Below are positions 1-12,390 of a stretch of 64,000 nt of DNA, piece by piece. Origin of the DNA: Octopus sinensis (Eukaryota). The stretch spans positions 85,436,001 to 85,500,000 of the forward strand of contig NC_043001.1 in NCBI RefSeq assembly GCF_006345805.1. Reading direction: 5' to 3'. Position numbers and translations under genes: made by a program. The notes below the pieces were generated by a model that made no database searches, was not told where the DNA came from, and saw nothing but the letters and a program-made list of their open reading frames with translations. Every line of letters starts with the position of its first letter. The first letter of the stretch is position 1.

Positions 1-1375
1 ACTGGAATTATTTAACATTTAGTGTGAAGCCCTTTAGCTTCAATCACACTCTAACATCTTTGACTGCATGAGGAAATTAAATTTTCAATTTCTTGTTGGG
101 TGATCTTATTCCATTCTTCCTGAAGGGCATTCCATAATTGCTCAGTTGTTTTAGGATTTCTGGCTTTCGAACGTTCTCCTGGAATATTCCATACATTTTC
201 AATAGGATTGAAATCTGGGCTTTGAGCAGGCCAATCCATAACAATAACCTTTTCAACCTTAAGGAAGTTCATGACCACCTTAGCCTTGTGACATGGGGCA
301 TTGTCGCTTAATTGAATTTCATGGGTGGTCGCTTAATTGAATTTCTCAGCACAGGCAAGACATGATCTTTTACAAGTTGTTTATAAACTCCTGCATTTAC
401 CTTTCCATGTAATCGCACCAAAGGGCCCACACCATCTCCAGATATCAACCCCCAAACCATGACACTTCCTCCACCGAATTTAACACCAGTCTTAAAGCAT
501 TTAGGCGACAATTTTTCACCTACTTTTCTACGAACGTACATTTTCCCATCTGAGCCAAATAACATAAACTTAGATTCATCACTGAAATGCACCGTTTGCC
601 ATTTTTCTTGAGACCACAACACATGTTTGGTTGCAAAGGTAAGACGACACTTTTTATTCTTGGAGCTGATCAGTGGCTTCACTGCAGGTGCTCTTGCTTG
701 TAGGTCATGTTCAACTAAACGACGAGACACAGTTTTTCAAGATAAAGTTTTCTTCAATACAATGCTCATTTTCCGAGAAACAGCAGCAGCAGTTTTAAAT
801 CTGTCCTTTTTAACCAACTTTACCATAGCACGATCTTCTCTCTTGGTCGTTTTTCTTGGCCTACCTATGAACTTTCTTACTTCACACGAACCACAATCAT
901 AGTAGACCTTAAGAATACCGTGTACAACACTTTTTGAATTGTTAACAATCTTTGCAATAGATCCAATACTTAAATTATCCTTCTTTCGAAGCTTAATAAT
1001 CTGCTGACGAATTGGTAACGGAGTAAGTGGCATTATATTAACAAAGTACACTGCAAATATTCTTTCTAATGTTTAGTAAACGAACCGTCACGTAAACAAA
1101 TTCAAAACATTAGAGTTCGCCGGTTAAATATACTAAAACACGGAGTAAAAGCAACCGTTCTGTTCATTATGGCCGCCATGGGTTTTGCAGTAAATCACTA
1201 AATCATTCATAACTTTTGTAGTATCCTCTCAAATTACACCAAAATCTCAGGCAATAACAAATAATATTGTATATATTGTCTGTGAAAATTATAGAATATA
1301 AAACAACTTTTCTAAAAAAGTATATCTACTTTTCTGACGAAAACAATGCCGTTCTGAACATTTTGGCCGCCACTG
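1..1375 (-). mobile_element. Tc1-family DNA transposon (DD34E), frameshifted transposase; other TIR lies outside the window
   Basis: ORFs 737-1051, 308-730 and 51-278 join across frameshifts into a Tc1 transposase: GRPRKTT, FSDESKF, DNAPCH...SPDFNPIE with 34 residues between D and E. The terminus reads CAGTGGCGGCCAAAA on the minus strand from 1375, with TA at 1376-1377. Confidence 0.93.
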
Positions 1376-2044
1376 TATATATCAAAGCGATGTGTTATAA
1401 TACTATTACACATATAAAAAAGCAGCCATACCAACAATCCAACATACCTCCATCACACGGATATCATTATTGCTTCGACACCCGGGCAGTACCACTAAAA
1501 TAATTGTTCTTTGGGGTCAAACATGCATATGCTATTGTATAGAGTTCATGCATTATTACACTTTTATTATTATATTTAACAATAGTGACTCAGGAACGCA
1601 TGACTTTTATCACACTGGCTTTAAATCTGGCGGCTTGTTTCATAAGTTATAGTTATTTTGTAACATTCTGTTGATGAAAAATATTTCTATAAAAATATCT
1701 GTGCATATGAATAAGTTCAAGTTCTCGTGTTTGTTCTAATAAACCTGCATTAAATATCACAATTATGTGTCTTTTTTTTTAAATATATAAAATCTATGTA
1801 AATACTACGTAATGAATCAGTATTTATATTGGAGTTTTATAGAAGTTAAATTACACTAATGTTAATATGGAGTCAACATATTTATCGACTTTATATGGGG
1901 TATGTATTGCATTTACCTAATAAAATCGCGTTTAAATTGAAATTATGTATGATATATTAAACTCGAGTATTAAAATTATATTTCTTAAATAATAATGATA
2001 GAGAATATGTATGTATTTATTTATTGCCAACAGAGAGCGAAATA

Positions 2045-2241
2045 TAGAGGAGGCAAAGAAGGACAAAAGGATTAAGTCGATTACATCGACCCCAGTGCGT
2101 AACTGCTACTTATTTAATCGACCCCGAAGGATTAAAGGTAAATTCGACTTCGGCAGAATTTAATCTCAGAAGGCATTGGCAGACGAAATATCACGAAGCA
2201 TTTTTCGCACGGAGTGCTAATGATTCTGCCAGCTCGCCGCC
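2045..2241 (-). mobile_element. tRNA-derived SINE (GGCGGCGAGCTGGCAGAA-head family, MetaSINE-like central domain)
   Basis: Reverse complement matches the head and the CCTTCGGGGTCGAT...AAGTA core seen in many other copies in this window. Confidence 0.85.
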
Positions 2242-2845
2242 CTGAAGTAAGTATGTATTGAACGTAAATTTTCACATGATAGATACATATATAATAATTA
2301 TATGTATTTATATAAAATTTGCATTTAAGAATCAGCGAGGCAATGAACATTTATTTCAAGTATCCACAGCATAAATTTAGAGATTTCAGTCATAGGTTTC
2401 ACCTTGTATTCTTTGACATTAAAATCGATGGAAATATAATTATTTCTCCTTGAAGTGATGTCAAACGTTACATAATAATAAATCAAGTTACTCGTCTGTC
2501 TTCGAGGACTTCAAGTACTGTATGTCCGAAGAATAAATCTACGAATTAGGACTACTATAAACAGCCTTTGTGTTTGGTATTATTGTTTCGATGTTTCCAA
2601 CATTTGATTTAAGTCTGTCAGTGTTTTAGAAGTAAATTACCGAAGTTGTTACAATGCAAAGATTAAATGGCATATATTTTGTGATCTATATTTAATTAAT
2701 GTTAAAGGATAGTTTTAGGACAATTCAGGTTACAAGTCATCAATGGAATCATACTAGACTAGTAGTAGTTAGTTTGCTCTTTGCTTCAAAGTGAGGACAT
2801 TTCATATCATAATTGATACAATCGTCCTATATTCAGTTATGGCAC

Positions 2846-2884
<39 letters not shown>

Positions 2885-2887
<3 letters not shown>

Positions 2888-3278
2888 GAGTGGCTGTGTG
2901 GTAAGTAGCTTGCTAACCAACCACATGGTTCCGGGTTCAGTCCCACTGCGTGGCATATTGGGCAAGTGTCTTCTGCTAAAGCCCCGGGCCGACTAATGCC
3001 TTGTGAGTGGATTTGGCAGACGGAAACTGAAAGAGGCATGTCGTATATATGTATATATATATATGTGTGTGTATGTGTTTGTGTGTCTGTGTTTGTCCCC
3101 CTATCATTGCTTGACAACCGATGCTGGTGTGTTTACGTTCCCGTCACTTAGCGGTTCGGCAAAAGAGACCGATAGAATAAGTACTGGGCTTACAAAGATT
3201 AAGTTCCGGGGTCGATTTGCTCGACTAAAGGCGGTGCTCCAGCATGGCCGCAGTCAAATGACTGAAACAAGTGAAAAG
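2885..3278 (+). mobile_element. tRNA-derived SINE with CORE-like TTGGGCAAGTG domain (second SINE family)
   Basis: A/B-box-like head (GGCTGTGTGGTAAG...GGTTCAGTCCC), TTGGGCAAGTGTCTT, internal microsatellite and GACTGAAACAAGT tail; a homologous copy lies at 41542-41945. Confidence 0.85.
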
Positions 3279-3300
3279 AAAAAGAAAAAGAAAAATGATG

Positions 3301-3366
<66 letters not shown>

Positions 3367-3370
3367 CATA

Positions 3371-3916
3371 ACTTATAAACAAGGGCAAAAGAAAATACTC
3401 TAATGCCAAATATACAGAAAATAGACTTAAACCGTCAATAACCACATATAACTCATCACTATAAGCACGCGTCTCGAAGCAAGCCGACAGAAATTTCTAT
3501 AAAAAATTCGTTATTACCGAATCGGCCCCGATTTCTGAGTTAATTCATAAAAAATGTTCTCTTCGCCAGCGGTAAATACGATAAGAAATAAATGAGACGC
3601 TTGCTTGCACCTACGGAAGACGTAGACACCAAGTCATGTGTACATTTAAGTACCCCAAATATATCCAAAATAGAAATACTTCAGCACACCTCGAGACACG
3701 TGTGATCGGACTGAAATTCTCATAGAGTGAGAGAGTCCGGAAGTGAATAGTATTAAATTCACATCTTATATAAGATAAAAAATCTTTTGAAATTTCTTTC
3801 GGCTTGCTTCGAGACGCGTGCTTATAGTGATGAATTATATGTGGTTATTGGCGATTTAAGTCTATTTTCGGCATATTTAGCATTGGATTTTTTTTCTTTT
3901 GCCCTTGTTTATAAGT
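3371..3916. mobile_element. MITE with ~130-bp terminal inverted repeats and TA target duplication
   Basis: 3371-3498 is the near reverse complement of 3790-3916 (ACTTATAAACAAGGGC...GCCCTTGTTTATAAGT). TA flanks both ends (3369-3370, 3917-3918) and there is no coding capacity. Confidence 0.85.
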
Positions 3917-4039
3917 TACTTATAAATTTAGACTTTAAAGGTATTTTTGAATATGCTGGCCACTGATAAAATGTTTTCGAAAATTTTATCCTATATCAGA
4001 TGTATATATATATATATATATACTGACTAAAAGGAAGCA

Positions 4040-4290
4040 CGACCCGATATCATTGTTTTTCTCCACCAGGTAGTCGGAGACGTTGTCGAAGGCTCAGACG
4101 AAGGGAAAACTGGCTAACATTAGTCTCTTCAAAATTGACCTGTATACAACTTTCTCCATAGGCACTAATTGGAAGAAGAAACTGCATGTCATTTCCCTGC
4201 CTAATAGAGCGCTGGAGGCAATCTTTACTATAGACGTAGCTAATATCCGTATCGGTTCTACATGCAGCAACAGTTGCCGGTCATAATGGT
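4040..4290 (-). mobile_element. Degenerate non-LTR retrotransposon reverse-transcriptase fragment
   Basis: Minus-strand translation EPIRILATSIVKIASSALLGR ... *AFDNVSDYL resembles the LINE RT motifs RPIxLLNxxYKI and KAFDxVxH. Confidence 0.45.
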
Positions 4291-4656
4291 ATTGGTTTTT
4301 ACATAAGTACGATGTTATACAACACATGAAAGAGTACAGTCGATGGTATTCAAAGGAGATATTCAACTTCAGTTGAATATACTAAGACTTAGCTTCCACC
4401 TCTAGCAATGCTTTCCCAATATTAGTGATGATGAGAGCACGGATTAGTCTATAGTGTTGACCTAGTTGTTAACTAGTACTTTTTTAATCATGGGAATTGA
4501 ACTGAGAACGTAAAAACTCGAAAGAAACACCTAATAATATTTTGTCTGAGGTTCTACTCATTTTGCAGCTTGCTTGCCGTTTAGTGAAAATAATAAAGAG
4601 AAATATAAATATATCATTTAAAGAATTTACAGAAAGGTAAAAAAAATCAGACTTAC

Positions 4657-4752
4657 CAAATTCTCTTGCCAAATATCTGGCCATAGCCATACTCTGAGGA
4701 ATCTGTACTTTGTTGTCCAATTCTAACATTGGCATCATAGAACAGGGCATGT
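4657..4752 (-). CDS. S-crystallin gene A, coding exon 2 ([33 protein letters not shown])
   Basis: 96-nt exon with ttctcAG acceptor and GTaagt donor. Same length and phase (1/1) as exon 2 of gene B and near-identical protein; contains the sigma-GST G-site QS motif. Confidence 0.95.
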
Positions 4753-5829
4753 CTGAGAACAAAAAATAACAAATCTTTCTTATAGAAATTTATAATCGCA
4801 TGTGTCAACTGAATAATACATGATTAAATTTACATAATGTCTTCTTATCATTTTCATCATTTCACTATAACATTCTGTTTAGATTACTGATCGATATTAG
4901 CCTTTACAATTTTCATTTTGGTTTTGTGATAGTGGTAGTTGAGGTAGAGGAGACGAAAGAAGACTTCCGTCGTTCAACAATAAGTATTGAGCTGTTCAGG
5001 AACGTGAATTACTTGCTCCTGAATTAACGCTAAGCCCTCCATAAAAAAGCGTAGCGCTTATGTAATTCTCAGGCCAAATTATATGTGCTAACATGGCTAT
5101 AACATTTAGTATGAAGAAGCTGTAGCATTTTCAATAAGTGGATTAATCTGCCCAATGGGCTTCTATGCACGTTCTATTAACCCAATTTCACTCCCAAAGT
5201 ATGATTGACTCCAGGCTACGGAAAATGGTATTTGTCTGTAAAGTCAAACAATAGGATCGAAAACGGAACCTCGTCCAATATGAATGCTCTCTCCCCTCTC
5301 TCCCCCTCTCTTTCTCTCCTTTCCCTCTCTCCCTCTCATTCTCATTCTGTTTGTCTTTCTCTTTCTCTCCCTCTCTCTCTACATATTTATATACACATAC
5401 ATGTATACACACACACACACATACTTACATACATACTAACACACACACATACACACCGACGCACGCACTTATATTTTGTGCATGTTGATGAAAAAAGTTT
5501 CACCTATACATGTTTCATTAAACATTGGATAATGCTTAAATATTATCTTTAGTTTGGAATTTTCGTATTTTCGCAGGTTTCTTTTCTTTTCTTTCTCTTT
5601 TCTGCTTTTATAGAGAGCTCGAAATACTGAAGTTCCGAAATTCATATTTGACATTTCCAGACCATCTCAATCTGTTTTGTAAGTATTCATATATTTGATG
5701 CCGCTTTTGCTTCTGTTGCAGTGGTTGAATTCATGGGTATTTTAACCGTATACCTTAGAAGTCACGTGTTGATTTCGTCAAATCAACCAGACATTTAGCC
5801 GTTAGATTTTTAAATATTTAGCCACTTGT

Positions 5830-6525
5830 AAACATTTTGTGGCGTGTATCATCTGTATGATTATTTTGACATTTTATTGCTATAAGATTTAGGTTTTTAT
5901 CATTAATCTTTTATTCTTGTGTTGAATTTTATATATTACATATATATTATCCTATAACATTTTTCTATCTAAATTTATTTTGTGGTGTATGGTATAATGG
6001 TTTGTGATAGCTCCCTGTTGTAAATGCTTTCTATGTCTCCAAGAGTGTGTTGTAATAGCATTTCCAATGTAACAGCTAGAGACCTATTTATGGCAAGTCG
6101 AGATTTACAGCCACTTTTATAGATTGCATTGATCATTCATAGTTCGTTCTCGGCTTTACTTTCTTTAGTGTGGTATTGATAAGCAGGCTTTTGGCTTCCG
6201 TGTTTTTGTACTATATTATTACTTTAAGTTTATGTGTGATGCGTTCCGTGTTCTGTTCTATGAAGGTTTTGATTGTATATTCGTCAGTCTGGTAGGTTTT
6301 ATGCATTTGGTTCGTATGATAAAACATCCTTGTGGCTGGTGTATTTTTATTAGGTATATTCTCTAATGTAAATGTCATATTATATTTGTGTCGGTAGTCT
6401 TCTATCGCTCGCACTAAAACTACTTGTCTCTTAGAATATCCGTTGTGAAATGATGTTTGCTTTATTCTGTGGATTTCTTCCTCTAGTGCATTGTTTGTGA
6501 ATGAGAATAAAAATGCATTTTCGAA
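5830..6525 (-). mobile_element. Penelope-like element relic: RT thumb region followed by C-terminal GIY-YIG endonuclease
   Basis: EEEIHRIKQTSFHNGYS (ORF 6211-6678) is followed after frameshifts by SCYIGNAITTHSWRHRKHLQQGAITNHYTIHH at about 6080-5975; it contains stops. Confidence 0.7.
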
Positions 6526-6528
6526 AAA

Positions 6529-6575
<47 letters not shown>

Positions 6576-7463
6576 TATATATATGTGTGTATGTGTCTGT
6601 GTGTGTGTATATGTATATATACATACATACCCAAACATGCATACACAAGTATAAACACGCAGCTATGTACAAGCACATACAAGTGTGTAGATGTGTGTGT
6701 GTGTGTGTGTGCGTGTGTGTGTGTGTGTGTATGTGTGTGTGTTTGTGTGTGTGTGTGTGTGGTGTGTGTGTGTGTGTGTGGTGTGTGTGTGTGTGTGTGT
6801 GTGTGTGTGATTATGATCATGGTATCGCATCTCTTCTTCTTTCAATACACGATAAAATGAGCAAGCAAGTTCCGCGGTTAGATCCTGGACAATTTGAGAA
6901 AATTTGCATTATGAAACATGCCGGTAAATTTTTAGAAAAGGAAAAAAAAATTCTCCAAAAAAGGATTGTAGATAATGATATAGTAAAGTCTGAGTTTGTA
7001 GACATTTACAAGTATGACCTGAAGTATTTCATATATATGAGTTTATTGTGTTTCGATAATTATACCAAAACAAAAACGAACAATATAGCTACAATCGAAC
7101 TGAAGGAATAACACACACACACGTACACACGCATAATGATATATAAATGTAAGATGCAATTCCCCAGTTGTAGGAAGTTAATAAGATTTGAGCAGTCTAT
7201 AGAATGTATAAAAACAACTTTCAGGAACAATAGTAGTTTATTGACGTAGAGGGTTGTGTGTTTTTCTCCATATCCAAATTTGATAAGATTCAAAAGGTTA
7301 TTTTATAGTCCACGGTTAACAACTGGGGATGCTATGATTTTTAGTTTCTTTTAATTTAGCTATGGAGTATCGCTCGTCGAGTAATTATTATTTCCGAGGT
7401 TCTGCTAGCTAAGAAAATATGTAACCTGGATTTTACCTGGTCCATACCCTCAACTTGTATTAT

Positions 7464-7514
<51 letters not shown>

Positions 7515-7519
<5 letters not shown>

Positions 7520-7692
7520 TAAAAACGGTAAGGTAACAAAAGAAAGAAAGAGACCTCAATATTATGTAAATAGAGGAAATTTATCTGTAAAATAATATGT
7601 GACAATTATACGGTAACCAAGATAAAACTCTGGGTTTCAGAATGCCGAGTTGGAAATCCACACCACCATCTCTTCGGTTATTTGGCCATCTC
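7515..7692 (-). mobile_element. PLE-type terminal-repeat fragment with degenerate hammerhead motif, inserted in a (TA)n tract
   Basis: Minus strand reads AAATAA-CCGAAGA-[stem II]-GAAAC-CCAGA-GTT-TTATCT (7683-7620); (TA)n flanks both sides. Confidence 0.55.
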
Positions 7693-7758
7693 ATATATAT
7701 ATATATATATATATGAACACACTCTGCTCAAATTTGAAGTTATATTAGGTTATAATTA

Positions 7759-7972
7759 GGCGGCGAGTTAGCAAAATCGTTATCAATCTAGGCTAAATGC
7801 TTTACGGCATTTCGTACGTCGTTACATTTTGTGTTCAAATTCTACCCAGTTCGACTCTGGTTTTCAACATTTGGATGTTGATAAAATAAGTACCAGTTAA
7901 ACACTGGTTTCGATGTAATCCACTTATTTCCTACCTGCAAAATTGCTGACCGTGTGCCAAATTTTCAAGCCA
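7759..7972 (+). mobile_element. SINE (GGCGGCGAG-head family) with 12-bp TSD
   Basis: Diverged head and core; ATATTAGGTTAT occurs at 7742-7753 and 7973-7984. Confidence 0.8.
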
Positions 7973-9369
7973 ATATTAGGTTATTATTTCCACAAACATT
8001 ACTTTATTCTTTTCATCGTACTCTCTAATGATGTGCTATTTTATTAACAGTTTTGGATCGGCGAAGTCATTCATTTGCGATATAGTAATGATAATATTGT
8101 CCAGTATTTAATTTCATTATCTAATTTAATTACAATTAAACGTCGAAAGGTAAATACAGAATGTAAATTTAAAGACAATATTGAGAGCCACTTACTGACT
8201 TAATCGATATTAAATACTAATATAATTGAACATAAAATATCGTGTGATTGCTTTTCTCGTAGATAATGATGTTGAGGTAGTTGTTTAAGCTTATATTATA
8301 TTAACGTTTGTGCTAAAGCGTTTAAGATTTTTTTTTCGATAAATCACTATATTAGGACTTCGCCTACAGACTATCAAGGAATACATCATCAAGGTTTCTT
8401 TTAAACATTAGGGAATGTTTTATGAAATGATTCTGTTCCTTTTCTGATAGGTAATGTATCACGTAATTATTTCGCCCTTTTTTATTCCTTACTCAGTGGA
8501 GTAAGGCTAGCAAATACTGACTATCTTCAAAGTATCCAAGGCTGGTGGTAACTCGATACGGAATTCCTTTTAGGCAGGTAATCTCATCGAAATTCTTGAA
8601 AAGTAATCGAAATTCTTGAAAGAGTGGAAATATACCTGGTATCAGATTAAGTTTAAGACATAAAGCACAGGGATTAGTTTTGCAACGAGATTTCCAACTG
8701 TTTTTTTTTTTTAACCAAACGCCTTCAATTGACTTTAGTTGGCGCAAGAAGATGCTACAAGAAACTTATTAAGTGCATCACTGAAGTGGTTGAATCGAAG
8801 CCCGTATTTACAAAGCGAATTCGTACCATTTCTGCTCCCTATTTACGATAAAACTGATTAAGTGATACGACCATGGCCTGTAAGTGAACACAACACATAT
8901 TGACACTTGTACTTGGCTGTCCGGGTCTCTACCGTCCTGATGGTGTTCCATATGTATTTGCTTTACATGGAAAATGACACCAGTCTAAAGTTAGTTCACA
9001 TTCAGACACTCAGCGCGGCAGATTTCCGTAATGAGGAAATGTATCATAAAAAACAGCGGTGAATGAAAACTGGTAAACCTACAATTTACATAAACTCCCG
9101 TTTTCTTTATATTTGATCTGCAATAATCGCTCTAAATACATCAAAACTTAAAAGTACGAAGGAAACCGAGTCTTTCGAAATTCTAATCTTTAGACTTTAA
9201 CTAATTTGGTATTTTAATCACACACATATAAATGCTCACAAATAATCACACATACACACACACGAATACACACAAACACACTCACATACAAACACACCCA
9301 ATTACACTTTGATCTCTTTTTCTCTCTTACATACTCAACGACTACCAATATGTTGCCCTCTCTATACAC

Positions 9370-9600
9370 ATTGGCTCGTTTAAAAACTTCCTATTCGCTA
9401 AAACTAATCTCACATTCATGTGCCATGCTATATATTCTCTATCTTCCCGAAGCTCAACCAGTTTTATACTTACAATGTTTGGGCTTCATACTTTATCCAT
9501 CAGAAAGAGTTATGCAGGTAATTGGAGCTATCTTTCTTGGCACCTCTCTCCAACAAACCGAAACTCACCGTCCCAAATCTCCAATGTAGTTTCCTCATAA
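9370..9600 (+). mobile_element. Possible PLE RT-thumb relic
   Basis: KTNLTFMCHAIYSLSSRSSTSFILTMFGLHTLSIRKSYAGN loosely resembles the PLE thumb pattern; weak. Confidence 0.25.
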
Positions 9601-9945
9601 CTATACTGTAGCAGTTTTAGGATGAGAACGAGGACCGAACCCATAGAGGAAGTCATCCACCCAACGAAGACAATATTTCCAGGGCCATCATCCAAAGTAT
9701 TAACTAGCCCTCCACACATTACACACTTTATAGTATTACCAATCAACTACACTGGATTCTCTCTTTGTACACTTCCAATCATGTTGAATGTTTAAGAGAT
9801 ACTCCGTGGTCTAATGGCTTGTCACTTGTAATTCCCTCTGATCGAATTACGCAGATTTGATAACTCCACCAAACCCACTACTTTTCTCGCTCGCGGATTC
9901 ACTACACACACACAGACACCACACACACACACACACAGACACACA

Positions 9946-9996
<51 letters not shown>

Positions 9997-10073
9997 TTGC
10001 AACCGGGTTTAGAATCGCCATCAAGCAAACACACACACGAAGAAAAATGCTACTTCTAGTAGCTTCAAGTCAA

Positions 10074-10335
10074 TGAGAGGAACCGCGTAGGTTAGTTGCT
10101 AGGGTGTTGAACTCATGATCGTAAGATCGTGGTTTCGAATCCTGGAAGGGACGATCCGTCGTATTTTTGAGCAAAACACTTCATTTCACGTTGCTCCAGG
10201 CCACTCAGCAGGCCCAGATGAACAATCCTGTGACTGACCTGCATTCCGTTCTGGTGGGGAATATATACGCCATAAAACCGCGAAACCAGCATTTTAGAGT
10301 CAGTATGACTCGAGAAGATAACTTTAGTTTACTTT
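10074..10335 (+). mobile_element. tRNA-derived SINE, CORE-like (TTGAGCAAAACACTT), diverged
   Basis: B-box-like GTTTCGAATCC followed by TTGAGCAAAACACTTCATTTCACGTTG; the same head occurs at 47768. Confidence 0.7.
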
Positions 10336-10443
10336 AAGTCAGTGAGGTGATGGGTCCCAAAAATGGGCATTCCAATCTAATCAGATTACGTGCATTAAAA
10401 TTATCGTTTGCATTTAACAATCTTTTCCAGCTCTGTCTCTCTG

Positions 10444-10488
<45 letters not shown>

Positions 10489-11333
10489 CTACGTCAACGT
10501 GATATTTGAAATCTCACTACCATTCCCAAAATGTACAACCTCTGAAGTACTATAAGTTATACTGTTCTTTGTCATTCGAAGATTCTACTAAGATGTGATT
10601 GTCAGAATCACACTTGTTTGGCAGAAAATGTATTGAGATGTGTATAAAGACATTTGAAATATATGGGGTCGAGAAATTACGCAACCATTTATATTGAACA
10701 AAGGATTTCAGTGGTAATTATTTTATCGATCTTTCTTAGTTAGGGTAAAAGACGACACTGAAAATGTCTTGAAATCCGAAACTGAAGTAATGTAAAAAAA
10801 ATTACACGTAGCATTTTAATACAGCTCTGCCATTTTTGTCTTCAACGGCTCTTAATAATTCGTTTGGTACCTCAAATCTTTGCTTCAGAACTTAAATATA
10901 TTTTCGCATTAACGGAAATCAACAGCGTCATCCATACTAATTCATAAAGAATTCTCTCACATGGAAAGCAACACAAAAACAAGACTTTTAGCTTAACAGG
11001 AATAGGAAAATGTTTCACTTAAGTGTTCTTTGTGTTAACCGTGCTCAGAAACCATTCAGCCTTGTTGGGTCTCGCCTTGAAGTGTGTATTTCAGCTTATT
11101 CTCCCAAATAATTTTTTAAAGTAGTTATTTCGCTGCCACATCCCACGACCAACACCACGTATAATGATCTGATACCTTATAGCAAACTAAGGTAAACAAC
11201 ACTTATTGTCAAGTACTGATAAACCACCACGATGACATTCCAATCCACTGTACTTACATATATACATACATATATGCATGCATACACAAATGAACACCAC
11301 AATGCATATATTTGTAAATATATATATATATAT

Positions 11334-11381
<48 letters not shown>

Positions 11382-11382
11382 T

Positions 11383-11772
11383 CATAATTCGTCGTGGCAC
11401 TCCGCCGGTTACGACGACGAGGTTCCAGTTGATCCGATCAATGGAACAGCCTGCTCGTGAAATTTACGGGTACGTGGCTGAGCAGTCCATAGACACGTAT
11501 ACCCTTAACGTAGTTCTCGGTGTGATTCAGCGTGACGCAGTGTGTGACAAGGCTGGCCCTTTGAAATACACGTACAAGAGAAACAGGAAGAAAGAGTGAG
11601 AGAAAGGTGTGGTGAAAAAGTACAGCAGGGCTGAACACTATCCCCTGCGGGAGCAACTTGGAGCTTTAGGTGTTTTCGCTCAATAAACACTCACAACACC
11701 CGATCTGGGAATCGAAATCGCAATCCCATGACCGCGAGTCCGCTACCATAACCACTGGGCCATTGCGACTCT
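11383..11772 (-). mobile_element. tRNA-derived SINE (GGCGCAATGGCCCAGTGGTTA-head family)
   Basis: Reverse complement shares head and GTGTTTATTGAGCGAAAACACCTAAAGCTCC body with the copies at 13728 and 28126. Confidence 0.85.
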
Positions 11773-11781
11773 ACACTCTTA

Positions 11782-11824
<43 letters not shown>

Positions 11825-12210
11825 TTATGTATAGGTACAAATGTATATATATATATATATCTATATATATATATACATATATATTCATATGTATTTATGT
11901 ATGCAGACACACACACACACACTCACATATAGGTATATGGTAGGCTTCCACGTAGTATCCGTGTAGAAACTTACAAATTCCCCTTTAGGTAGTATTGAAC
12001 AGCCCGCAGCTATAATTGAAAACACTTTCCATGCTCAAAGTGTTTCGCAGCGAGGCTGAATCATAAAACACGGTGGATGTATAGAAAATTTCCGAATCAC
12101 ATAACCATGCCTGAGTCTGCTATCTACAGTGTATTCACTCTTTCCTTGCACACAGTTATACGAAAAAAAAGATAGAATTAGTTCTGAAACAATAGATTAA
12201 ATGTACATAC

Positions 12211-12343
12211 TGTTTCTCATTGACCTCCATTCTGAAGACTCGATCCTGCGGTCATTGTACTGGACGCCACCAGCTGCAAACAGCATGCGACAGATCTCTG
12301 CACGGCCACGATGGTTGAAGTAGTGGAGTGTATAGGAAGGCAT
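12211..12343 (-). CDS. S-crystallin gene A, coding exon 1 ([44 protein letters not shown])
   Basis: ATG at 12343-12341, 133 nt, GTatgt donor. It splices in frame (A+AC = Asn) to the exon at 4752 and is paralogous to gene B exon 1. It is missing from the ORF track because it is shorter than the cut-off. Confidence 0.95.
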
Positions 12344-12390
12344 GGTTGATAGTTGGTGTAGTTTTCGTAAGTGTTGCTACCAAAGAATGG

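Noticed and set aside
2730-2760. YDSIDDL on the minus strand resembling exon 3 (FYDILDDY) of gene A
   Set aside because: In-frame stops lie immediately upstream, there is no FHG/ARVD motif and no suitable splice sites.
4484-4762. ORF-track protein [10 protein letters not shown]...[12 protein letters not shown] as a single-exon gene
   Set aside because: Only 4657-4752 is crystallin-like and bounded by AG/GT; the rest is intron read-through.
5615-5680. Possible hammerhead downstream of the PLE GIY-YIG relic (minus strand ATTGAGA...GGAAC-TTCA-GTA)
   Set aside because: The position is plausible but too many core mismatches are needed to support it.
6431-7111. Long ORFs such as 6431-6820, 6585-6860 and 6587-7111, and similar ORFs at 12967-13830, 25778-26090, 49289-49736 and 58816-59145
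   Set aside because: They are translations of (CA)n, (TA)n or (TG)n microsatellites (THTH, YIYI, CVCV), which lack stop codons by composition; there is no domain signal.
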